This document shows, in pieces, positions 9,451 through 17,503 of a stretch of DNA of 51,281 nt (its first letter is position 1; each line of letters opens with the position of its first letter). Origin of the DNA: Chloroflexota bacterium (lineage in GTDB: Bacteria; Chloroflexota; Dehalococcoidia; Lucifugimonadales; HRBIN23). A program made the translations under genes and the position numbers. The stretch is from assembly GCA_016210325.1 (NCBI GenBank), contig JACQUK010000151.1:1-51281 (forward strand). The letters are read 5' to 3'. The notes under the pieces were generated by a model, which was given only the letters and a program-made list of their open reading frames with translations, was not told the DNA's origin and made no database searches.

Positions 9451-10098
9451 ATGAGGCTGTTGATTGTTGACGACCATGAGGTAGTCCGGCAAGGCCTGCG
9501 GACCCTGCTAGACCGCCGTGAGGGCCTGGAGGTGGCCGGCGAGGCAGGGTCGGTGGCCGAGGCAGTGCGGGAAGCTGCCAGGCTTTCGCCAGACGTGGTG
9601 GTCATGGACGTGCGGCTCCCTGATGGCACTGGCGTTGAGGCCTGTCGGGAGATCCGGTCGGCCAACCCGGCCATCAGAGTTATCATGCTCACCTCGTACC
9701 CAGACGAGGAGGCTGTGTTCGATTCCATCATGGCCGGGGCCAGCGGGTACCTGCTGAAGCAGATCCGTGGGCAGGAGCTCGTGCAGGCTATTCGGCGGGT
9801 TGGCGCTGGCGAGTCCCTGCTGGACCCGGGCGTGACCCACAAGGTGCTGGAGCGCATCAAGAGCCTTGCGGGTCAGAAGGTGGAGAGCGCCACCACCCTC
9901 AGCGAACAGGAGGAAAAGATCCTGGCCCGCATCGCCGACGGCAAGACCAACAAGGAGATCGCCACTGATCTGTTCCTGAGCGAGAAAACGGTCAAGAACT
10001 ATGTCAGCAGCATTCTGGACAAGCTTAACCTCTCCCGCCGGGCTGAGGCCGCTGCCTACTACGTCCGTCGCTACGGCAAGCGCGAGTCCTCGGGCTGA
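9451..10098 (+). CDS. NarL/LuxR-family response regulator
   Basis: Receiver domain MRLLIVDDHEVVRQGL...DVVVMDVRLPDG with a C-terminal LuxR HTH (LSEQEEKILARIADGKTNKEIA...TVKNYVSSIL). Confidence 0.9.
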   Translation: MRLLIVDDHEVVRQGLRTLLDRREGLEVAGEAGSVAEAVREAARLSPDVVVMDVRLPDGTGVEACREIRSANPAIRVIMLTSYPDEEAVFDSIMAGASGYLLKQIRGQELVQAIRRVGAGESLLDPGVTHKVLERIKSLAGQKVESATTLSEQEEKILARIADGKTNKEIATDLFLSEKTVKNYVSSILDKLNLSRRAEAAAYYVRRYGKRESSG

Positions 10099-10123
10099 AG
10101 GCGCGGCGCACCTCCTCAGGGCG

Positions 10124-10897
10124 TCAGCGGCCCAGGTGTCCCCTCTTGAGGCGGTGCTCCAGCAGTCGGCCCTCCCGCTTCAGCCTGGTCAGGGTGCCGC
10201 GTATGGACTGCGCTTCAATGGCCCCACACGCCTCCAGGGCATGGGCGCTACCCAGCACCACCCAGACAGCCCTCCCCAGGAGGAGGCCCGCCGTGTGGCT
10301 AGGGGGGAGGCTACCTATGGCGCTGCGTTGCCCCAGGTCTGTGGTCTGACGCCTTCGCCCGTCGGGGAGCGTCCTGGCTTCAGACGCCCTCCGCGTGGGT
10401 GCCGCCAGGGGCGCCAGGGAGCGGCGCCACCGCTGGAGCCTTGCCTCGAGCGCAGTTGGTGGGCGCTCGCCGGCGGCACCGCCGGGCGGGGTTACGTGCC
10501 GGCCACTGGCCCTTCCCAACCACCTGGCTGTAGCATTGGCGTCCCGGGCCAGGCGCAGTGCCTCAAGCGTGTTCTCGTAGACGCTCTGTTCCAGCACTAG
10601 CGCTTCGGTCCACAGGCCAGATAGCGCCAGGGTGCGCAGGGCCAAACACAGGTTGAAGGCCCTGGTCGCCAGAGCAAGCACGGCCCGTTGCTGGTCGGAG
10701 AGGCGTGTCTCCTGGCAGGCAGTGGCCAGGAGTTTGAGGTGCAGCCGCATGGCTTGGTCGAACAGCTTCACCGCCTCCGGCGGGGCGCCACCCCGGACGT
10801 GGGGTAAGGCTCGCAGGAGGTCGCGGTAGGCCGCCCCTGCCTGCTGCGGGGACACATCTTGGAGCAGCATGGCCTTGGGCCATAGTGAGAGCTGCAT
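10124..10897 (-). CDS. Hypothetical protein (Ala/Leu/Arg-rich, helical), no recognisable motif
   Basis: Minus-strand ORF 10124..11224 trimmed to ATG 10897 (GAGG 7-10 nt upstream), just downstream of the qor stop at 10923. No family signature recognised, and coding status rests on ORF length and position only. Confidence 0.4.
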   Translation of the reverse strand: MQLSLWPKAMLLQDVSPQQAGAAYRDLLRALPHVRGGAPPEAVKLFDQAMRLHLKLLATACQETRLSDQQRAVLALATRAFNLCLALRTLALSGLWTEALVLEQSVYENTLEALRLARDANATARWLGRASGRHVTPPGGAAGERPPTALEARLQRWRRSLAPLAAPTRRASEARTLPDGRRRQTTDLGQRSAIGSLPPSHTAGLLLGRAVWVVLGSAHALEACGAIEAQSIRGTLTRLKREGRLLEHRLKRGHLGR

Positions 10898-10922
10898 CTG
10901 GGCCTCGTGGTATCGGGTTCGC

Positions 10923-11963
10923 TCAGGAGACCAGCAGCACCAGCTTCCCAAAGAAGCTACGGCCCTCCATAACCTCGTGGGCCTGGCGGGCTTCCTCCAG
11001 CGGGAAGGTCTGGGAGATGTGGGCACGGACCGCGCCACGGGCTGTCGCAGCCAACACCTGGCGCAGGTCGGCGCGCGACCCCATGCTGACGCCGAACACG
11101 GTAAGCTGCTTGCTGAAAAGCTGCCCCAGGTGGAGCTCCGAGCGGTACCCCGTGGTGACGCCGCACACCCCGTAGCGGCCACCGCGGGCCAGGGACGCGT
11201 AGGCCTGGGGCCAGAACTGGGCACCCACGTGGTCCACCACCATGTCCACGCCGCGGCCCCCGGTCAGCTCCTTGAGGCGCGTCTCCAGGTTTTCGGTGCT
11301 ATACAGGATGACCTCGTCGGCGCCCAGGGCGCGTGCCTGCTGCGCCTTCTCCGGGGTGCTGGTAGTGGCGATGACCCTGGCGCCTACGCCCCCCTTCGCT
11401 ACCTGGATGGCAGCGGTGCCAATGCCGCTGGAAGCAGAGAGCACTAGCACCGTTTCCCAGGGCTTGAGCTGGCCCTTGCGCACCAGCATCTGCCACACGG
11501 GCATGAAAGTGGTGGGCAGGGCAGCCGCCTCGGCATAGCCCACGTGGTCAGGCAGGGGAAGAGCGTTGACCGCCGGGGCCTTCACCAGCTCAGCGTAGCC
11601 GCCGTCCACCGTGGAGCCCAACATGCCGCGCCGCTCGCAGAGCTGGTCCTCGCCGGAGAGACAAGGCCAGCACCGCCCACACGAGAGGACGGGGTCTAGC
11701 AGGATGCGCTGGCCTGGCGAGAGGGAGGTCACCCCCTCCCCCACCTGGGCCACATCCCCTGCGATGTCTGTGCCCAGGACAAGGGGTTCCTTGAACTCTC
11801 GCTTTGTCCCCCGCAGGCCCTGGCGGTTCCACAGGTCCAATCGGTTCAGGGCGCAGGCCCGGATACGGACCAGTACCTCGCCGTCGCCCGGTTTCGGGTC
11901 CGGCCGCTGGCCGAAGGTCAGGACCTCTGGCCCACCCTGGGCCTGGATGTACACAGCCCTCAT
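10923..11963 (-). CDS. Zinc-type alcohol dehydrogenase / NADPH:quinone oxidoreductase (MDR family)
   Basis: MRAVYIQAQGGPEVL...GEVLVRIRACALNRLD (GroES-like domain), structural-zinc Cys cluster CGRCWPCLSGEDQLC, and Rossmann ASSGIGTAAIQVAK. Confidence 0.85.
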   Translation of the reverse strand: MRAVYIQAQGGPEVLTFGQRPDPKPGDGEVLVRIRACALNRLDLWNRQGLRGTKREFKEPLVLGTDIAGDVAQVGEGVTSLSPGQRILLDPVLSCGRCWPCLSGEDQLCERRGMLGSTVDGGYAELVKAPAVNALPLPDHVGYAEAAALPTTFMPVWQMLVRKGQLKPWETVLVLSASSGIGTAAIQVAKGGVGARVIATTSTPEKAQQARALGADEVILYSTENLETRLKELTGGRGVDMVVDHVGAQFWPQAYASLARGGRYGVCGVTTGYRSELHLGQLFSKQLTVFGVSMGSRADLRQVLAATARGAVRAHISQTFPLEEARQAHEVMEGRSFFGKLVLLVS

Positions 11964-11982
11964 CCAACCCTCCTATGGTGCT

Positions 11983-13230
11983 TCAACCTTTCGCCTCTGT
12001 CAGCCGACGGAGCACATACTCCTTCTCCGCTTCCCGTCCCGTCAGTTCCCCGTCCAAACACTTTTGCTTTAGCTCTTCCATCAGGGACCCCAGGAGCGGT
12101 CCCTGGGGGACCCCCAGGGCCAGCAGGTCGTCGCCGCGGAGCCGGGGCTTGGCGTAGCGGTCCACCGAGAGGAAGCGATCCAGGTGGTCCTTGGCAGGCC
12201 CAGGAGGCAACAGCAGGGATACCGTCTGGATGGCGGCCTCGTCGAAGCGGGCCACGGTGGCGTAGACCTGGCTGGAGCGCAGGGTGACATCGTCGAGTTC
12301 GCCCAGGCGCTCTCGAAGTGCCACTGTGTGCCGCACTGCTGTTGCCCAGCGGGATGGCAGGGCCAGGCGGCTGATGAACCCCTCGGCCTGGGGAGGAGTC
12401 AAGTCCGCAGCCAGCAGCGCCAGGAGCAGCAGCGGCCCGGCCTTCCGTCCGGAAGACGTTTGGTCGGCAACTGCCTGTCCCTTGGCCGGACTCCAGCACA
12501 ATGGCGGGAAGGAGGCGGCCAGGACCCCAAGCTCCTTGGCCCTGGCAAAGGCCCGCTCCGGCTGTGACTCGTCCAGGGTCCTCTCTACCTCGTGGCGCAG
12601 CCGGTCGGGACTGATGGTGTCCAGGTAGGCCAGGTCGCGGCGAAGGGCGTTCTCCGTCCCGTCCTCCAGGTGGAACCCCAGGCGTTGCTCATACCGCACC
12701 GCGCGCCATATGCGGGTGGCATCGTCCTGGAAGCTCTTGTCGTGGAGGGCTCGGACCAGCCCCTGGCGCAGGTCCTTCTCTCCATGCAAGGGGTCCAGCA
12801 AAGGCCAGTCGTCACCTGGACAGAGCCTGAGGGCCATGGCGTTGATGGTAAAGTCCCGGCGGGCCAGGTCCTCCAGGATGGTGCCCGGATAGACAGCCGG
12901 GAGTGCGCCTGGGTGGGGGTAGGTCTCGTAGCGGGCCGTGGCGATATCCACCGCGAGACCCGGAAGCTTCACCTTGGCGGTGCCGAAGGGGTGGTGGGCC
13001 ACCACCTGGCCGCCTGTCGCCTTCGCCAGCAGCGAGGCCAGGGCAGGGCCATCTCCCTCGGTCACCAGGTCCAGGTCCAGCACTGGGCGGGCCAGGAGCA
13101 GGTCGCGCAGGGGGCCTCCCACCAGGTAGAGGCTATAGCCCTCTTTGGCCGCTAACTCCCTGACGCGCAGAAGCAGGGCCACCAGGGGCGGTGGTAGGCC
13201 ATTTTCGACCAAGGCCCATCGTTCAGCCAT
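11983..13230 (-). CDS. cca: CCA-adding tRNA nucleotidyltransferase / poly(A) polymerase family
   Basis: PolyA_pol head motif LYLVGGPLRDLLL...LDLDLV, then RRDFTINAMA. Confidence 0.8.
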   Translation of the reverse strand: MAERWALVENGLPPPLVALLLRVRELAAKEGYSLYLVGGPLRDLLLARPVLDLDLVTEGDGPALASLLAKATGGQVVAHHPFGTAKVKLPGLAVDIATARYETYPHPGALPAVYPGTILEDLARRDFTINAMALRLCPGDDWPLLDPLHGEKDLRQGLVRALHDKSFQDDATRIWRAVRYEQRLGFHLEDGTENALRRDLAYLDTISPDRLRHEVERTLDESQPERAFARAKELGVLAASFPPLCWSPAKGQAVADQTSSGRKAGPLLLLALLAADLTPPQAEGFISRLALPSRWATAVRHTVALRERLGELDDVTLRSSQVYATVARFDEAAIQTVSLLLPPGPAKDHLDRFLSVDRYAKPRLRGDDLLALGVPQGPLLGSLMEELKQKCLDGELTGREAEKEYVLRRLTEAKG

Positions 13231-13254
13231 ATGACACCGGCGATGGTTTCCGCC

Positions 13255-13360
13255 AGCTCATCCCGAAATGCTGCTTTCACCCCGCCCCGACGTGTCGAGG
13301 CGAGGACATCATGCCGCCCCCTTGAGGGAGCGGTTTTCTTGGATGATTCCGGGATAGCTC
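13255..13360 (-). repeat. Inverted-repeat element copy B
   Basis: The reverse complement aligns along its whole length with copy A. Both termini are flanked by AGCTC (13255-13259 and 13356-13360). It lies between an extended -10 box and the cca start codon. Confidence 0.75.
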
Positions 13361-13364
13361 CGCC

Positions 13365-13373
13365 ATTATAGCA
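13365..13373 (-). promoter_or_regulatory. Extended -10 (TGCTATAAT) directed toward cca
   Basis: The reverse complement of 13365-13373 is TGCTATAAT. The predicted TSS falls at about the start of repeat element B. Confidence 0.4.
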
Positions 13374-13386
13374 TCGGCTTCTCGCT

Positions 13387-13415
13387 TTGACTTTATGCTG
13401 AATCGCCCGTAGAAT
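13387..13415 (+). promoter_or_regulatory. Sigma-70-like promoter TTGACT-17-TAGAAT upstream of rnc
   Basis: -35 at 13387-13392 and -10 at 13410-13415 with a 17-nt spacer, 47 nt before the rnc GTG. Confidence 0.5.
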
Positions 13416-13461
13416 ATCTGTCGATAGCCACTGCGATTTCCTGGCTGGGTGATAGGGTTTC

Positions 13462-14157
13462 GTGCCAGAACTGGCTGCTCTTCAGGACTCCCTTGGTGTA
13501 TCCTTCCGGGACCCCCGCCTCTTGAGGCAAGCCCTCGTCCACGGCTCCTACGTCAACGAACATGCTGAAGAGGACTCTGCCGGCAACGAGCGCTTGGAGT
13601 TCCTCGGTGATGCCCTGCTGGACTTCGTAGTGGCGGAGGAGTTGTACCGCTGTCTCCCAGAGAGCAATGAGGGAGACCTCACTGCTCTTCGGGCTAACCT
13701 GGTCTGCGGTCCAACATTGGCAAGGGTGGCGGCTTCGCTGAACCTGGGCGAATACTTGCTCCTGGGTCGCGGTGAGGAGGCTGGTGGAGGGCGCAGCCGC
13801 CTGTCCAACCTGGCTTCGGCACTGGAAGCGGTGTTGGGTGCCGTGCTGCTGGACCAGGGGTACGACGTGGCGCGCCGCGCTATCCTGAATATCATGGGAC
13901 CGGACATCCAGACCGTGGTGGCGGACGGTGTCCAGAAGGACCCCAAGTCTCTGCTGCAAGAGTTGGTCCAGACGCAAGGAGGTCCACCTCCGGTGTACCA
14001 GGTGGTAAGGTCGGCGGGCCCGGAGCACCGCCCGGCCTTCGAGGTGGAGGTCCACGTCGGCGATGTGGTGGTGGGGCGAGGCGCAGGCCCCCGCAAGGCC
14101 GATGCCGAGCGGGAGGCTGCCGGAGATGCACTGCGGCGGCTACAGCAGAGGGACTGA
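13462..14157 (+). CDS. rnc: Ribonuclease III
   Basis: RNase III signature ERLEFLGDALLD and a C-terminal dsRBD (DPKSLLQELVQ...GPEHRPAFEVEV...GRGAGPRKADAEREAA). GTG start. Confidence 0.9.
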   Translation: MPELAALQDSLGVSFRDPRLLRQALVHGSYVNEHAEEDSAGNERLEFLGDALLDFVVAEELYRCLPESNEGDLTALRANLVCGPTLARVAASLNLGEYLLLGRGEEAGGGRSRLSNLASALEAVLGAVLLDQGYDVARRAILNIMGPDIQTVVADGVQKDPKSLLQELVQTQGGPPPVYQVVRSAGPEHRPAFEVEVHVGDVVVGRGAGPRKADAEREAAGDALRRLQQRD

Positions 14158-14214
14158 CCTGGCCCTGATACCGTCGGCAGCCCTGGGTTAGCAGAACGTT
14201 CACGGGAGACCGCT

Positions 14215-15174
14215 GTGTTTGGACTGTTGAAATGGCGTGAGAAGACCCAGCAGGGGGTCAAGAAGAGCCGCGAGGCCTGGTTCGGTCGCCTGTTGCAAGC
14301 GGTGCGGCGGCCTAAGATCGATGAAGGCCTGTGGGACGAGTTGGAAGAGACCCTGTTAGGCGCCGATGTAGGGGTGGCAACCACCACCCGCTTGCTGGAG
14401 CGGATGAAGGAAAGGGCCAAGACGGAGCGGGTGACCGAGCCCGAAACCCTTCTCCCACTGCTCCAACAGGAGATGAGGGCGGTCCTTGAGGCGCCGGGCC
14501 AGGCAGGCCTGCTTCCGGAGCGCGACGGTGAGGCCCCAAAGCCCACGGTGGTACTGGTGATAGGCGTCAACGGTGTGGGCAAGACCACCAGCATTGCCAA
14601 GCTGGCCGGTTATCTGCAAAACGAAGGGAAAAAGGTGGTCCTGGGTGCCGCCGATACCTTTCGTGCCGCTGCCATCGAGCAACTCCAGCTTTGGGGGCAG
14701 CGAGTTGGCGTCGAGGTGGTTGCCCACCGCCAGGGGGCCGACCCCGGCGCGGTGGCTTTCGACGCCTACCAGGCGGCCAAGGCGCGTGGCGCCGATGTCC
14801 TGATTATTGATACCGCGGGGCGGCTGCACACCAAGGTCAACCTGATGGAGGAGATGAAGAAAATCAGCAGGGTGCTGCATCGCCTGGACTCGCAGGCCCC
14901 GCACCAGGTTCTGCTGGTGCTGGATGCCACCACCGGACAGAACGGCCTGGCTCAAGCCCAAGCCTTCACCGAGGCCTTGGGGGTCACGGGCATCTTTGTA
15001 GCCAAGCTGGACGGCACGGCGCGGGGCGGCATTCTTCTCAGCATCTGCGACCAGTTGAAGCTGCCCGTCCTCTTCATCGGCACCGGAGAGGGCCCGGACG
15101 ACCTGGCCCCCTTCTCCGCTGAGGAGTTTGTCGCTGCCCTCCTGGCAGCCAGCCCTCAGCAGGCCCCTTCCTAA
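14215..15174 (+). CDS. ftsY: Signal recognition particle receptor FtsY
   Basis: SRP GTPase motifs [25 protein letters not shown]. Confidence 0.9.
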   Translation: MFGLLKWREKTQQGVKKSREAWFGRLLQAVRRPKIDEGLWDELEETLLGADVGVATTTRLLERMKERAKTERVTEPETLLPLLQQEMRAVLEAPGQAGLLPERDGEAPKPTVVLVIGVNGVGKTTSIAKLAGYLQNEGKKVVLGAADTFRAAAIEQLQLWGQRVGVEVVAHRQGADPGAVAFDAYQAAKARGADVLIIDTAGRLHTKVNLMEEMKKISRVLHRLDSQAPHQVLLVLDATTGQNGLAQAQAFTEALGVTGIFVAKLDGTARGGILLSICDQLKLPVLFIGTGEGPDDLAPFSAEEFVAALLAASPQQAPS

Positions 15175-15183
15175 CCCCCCTCC

Positions 15184-17496
15184 ATGCTGAGCGCAGGCTA
15201 CGCCCTCCTGTGGTTGGTAACCCTGGAAGCCATCGGAGTGCTGGCCTTCCCGGTGGCCTTCGTGCTCTTCCCCTCCCTGCGAGACCGCGGCTATGCCTTC
15301 AGCAAGCTCCTGGGGCTTCTACTGTTGGCCTTTCCTCTGTGGCTCCTGGGGAGCCTGCACTTCCTCCCCACGGCCCGCTGGAGCATTCTGCTGGTCCTGG
15401 CGGCCCTGGCCGTCGTCTCCGCCCTCCTGTTCAGGCGACACCGCAGGGCAGTGAGTGAGTTGGTGCGGCGGGAATGGCCGCTGCTGTTAGTAGTGGAAGT
15501 CGCCTTCCTGCTGTTCTACGTAGGATGGGCCCTGTACCGTGCCTATGACCCGGCCATCAACCACACCGAGCAGTTCATGGACTTTGCCTTCCTCAACGCC
15601 TCGGCCAGGACGGCCTACTATCCCCCGGAGGACCCCTGGCTCAGCGGTCACGGCATCAGCTACTACTACCTGGGCTACCTGCTCTTCGGGCTGGTGGCCC
15701 GGCTCACCGCCATCCCCACCAGCTTTGTCTATAACCTGTCCCTGGCGACGGTGCCGGCCATGGCCGCTGCTGGCGCCGTGGGGCTGGTGAGCAGCCTGGT
15801 GCGGGGCCGGTGGTCGGGCCTGGCCTACGGGGCTTTGGCCACCGTCCTCTTGCTAGTCATCTCGAACCTGGAGGGCACCCTGGAGCTGGTCCGTTCCCTG
15901 GGGATGGGTAGCACAGCCTTCTGGACAGGGCTGGGCATCAAGGGGCTGGATGGCCCTGCGGCCAGCGCCTCATGGTACCCCAACGAAGCATGGTGGTGGT
16001 GGCGCGCCACCCGCGTCATTGACACCGTGGTGGATGGGCGCAGCCTGGACTACACCATCCAGGAGTTCCCCTTCTTCAGTCACCTGCTGGGGGACCTCCA
16101 CCCCCACGTCATGTCGCTGCCCTTTGTGATGATGGCGATGGCCCTGGCCTGGTGCTTGTTTGCCCAGGGGACCGGGTACCTAAGTCTCTCCCCACGGTCC
16201 TGGCCCAAGCTGCTGCTGGCAGGCATTGTCCTGGGGGCGCTGGGGCCCCTCAACGCGTGGGACCTGCCGGTCTTCCTGGGACTGGCCCTGGCGGGCCTGG
16301 TGCTTTGGGGCTACCACCACCGGAAGGACCTGGGCCTTGTCCAGGGAGTGTTGCACCCTCTCGGTGTAGGGGGGATGGTACTTGCTCTGGCCTTTGTGCT
16401 TTACCTCCCCTTTTACCGGAGTGTCAGCACCCAGGTGGAGGGGGTGCTGGCGGTGCAGGGGCCGGTGACCAGTCTGAAGCACTTCCTGATCGTGTGGGGG
16501 CCTTTTGTCCTGCTGTTGGCGCCGTTCCTGGTGCTGCAGCTTGTCTGGGCCGCGACCCGTCGGCTGAGCTGGGGCCGTCTGGTGGCCGCAGTGCTGGTAC
16601 CCCTGGTGCCTTACCTGGCCTTTGTGCTGCTGGCCTCCTTGCAGGGAGTTGAAGGCCAGCTCCTTCCCCGCCTACTCCACATCTTGCCTGGTGCTCTTCT
16701 CCTTGGCCTGGTGGTGTACCGGGCGCTGGACGCGACTCCGGATGCGGAGGGGCGCAGCCAGTCCTTTGTGCTGCTGCTTCTGGCTTTCGCCTTCGTGCTG
16801 GTCCTGGGGCCGGAGCTCCTCTTCATTGTGGATGTCTTTGGCAACCGAATGAACACTGTGTTCAAGGTATACTATCAAGCATGGGCAATCCTGGCAGTGG
16901 CAGGAGCGCTGGCCGTCTACTACTGGGAGCGCTGGCTGGCCAACGCAGTAGCGGCCCTGATGCCGGTGCGGCTGGCCTGGCGGGGTCTCCTGGCGGTGAT
17001 GCTGATTGCCCTTCTCTACTACCCGCTGGCAGCCGTCGCCAGCAAGCCGTCGGGAGGTGCGGACGTGCCGACCCTGGATGGGCTGGCCTACCTGAAGGCC
17101 GACCTTCCAGGGGCACACGAGACCGTGGAGTGGCTGCGCCGTGAGGCCAGGCCGGGCCAGCGGCTGGCGGAGGCAGCGGGCGGGAGCTATTCTGAGTATG
17201 GCCTGTTTGCCGCGGCCACGGGGATTCCCGCGCCGCTCAACTGGGCAGGGCACGAGCGGCAGTGGCGTGGTTCCTATCAACCGACCCTGGGGCGTGCGGA
17301 GGACCTGGCAACCCTCTATACGACTCCCGACGCGCAGCGGGCGCGGGAGATAGTAAAGAAGTATGGGCTTACCTTCGTGGTCGTCGGGGCCAGGGAGCGG
17401 GCCGTCTATGGGGCGATTGCTGTGGACACGTTGAATGAAGTGATGGGTAGGGCTTTCGAGTCCGGCGATGTGGTGGTCTACCGCGTGAGGGAGTAG
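15184..17496 (+). CDS. DUF2298 / Chlor_Arch_YYY-domain polytopic membrane protein
   Basis: 770 aa, highly hydrophobic, with many TM segments. It carries the characteristic GISYYYLGYLLFG 'YYY' motif and has a soluble C-terminal domain. Confidence 0.8.
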   Translation: MLSAGYALLWLVTLEAIGVLAFPVAFVLFPSLRDRGYAFSKLLGLLLLAFPLWLLGSLHFLPTARWSILLVLAALAVVSALLFRRHRRAVSELVRREWPLLLVVEVAFLLFYVGWALYRAYDPAINHTEQFMDFAFLNASARTAYYPPEDPWLSGHGISYYYLGYLLFGLVARLTAIPTSFVYNLSLATVPAMAAAGAVGLVSSLVRGRWSGLAYGALATVLLLVISNLEGTLELVRSLGMGSTAFWTGLGIKGLDGPAASASWYPNEAWWWWRATRVIDTVVDGRSLDYTIQEFPFFSHLLGDLHPHVMSLPFVMMAMALAWCLFAQGTGYLSLSPRSWPKLLLAGIVLGALGPLNAWDLPVFLGLALAGLVLWGYHHRKDLGLVQGVLHPLGVGGMVLALAFVLYLPFYRSVSTQVEGVLAVQGPVTSLKHFLIVWGPFVLLLAPFLVLQLVWAATRRLSWGRLVAAVLVPLVPYLAFVLLASLQGVEGQLLPRLLHILPGALLLGLVVYRALDATPDAEGRSQSFVLLLLAFAFVLVLGPELLFIVDVFGNRMNTVFKVYYQAWAILAVAGALAVYYWERWLANAVAALMPVRLAWRGLLAVMLIALLYYPLAAVASKPSGGADVPTLDGLAYLKADLPGAHETVEWLRREARPGQRLAEAAGGSYSEYGLFAAATGIPAPLNWAGHERQWRGSYQPTLGRAEDLATLYTTPDAQRAREIVKKYGLTFVVVGARERAVYGAIAVDTLNEVMGRAFESGDVVVYRVRE

Positions 17497-17503
17497 GCAC
17501 CGG

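Noticed and set aside
10001-11447. Plus-strand ORFs 10001-10600 and 10869-11447
   Set aside because: The first begins inside the response-regulator gene in another frame, and the second is antisense to the motif-rich qor gene. Both have shadow-frame composition.
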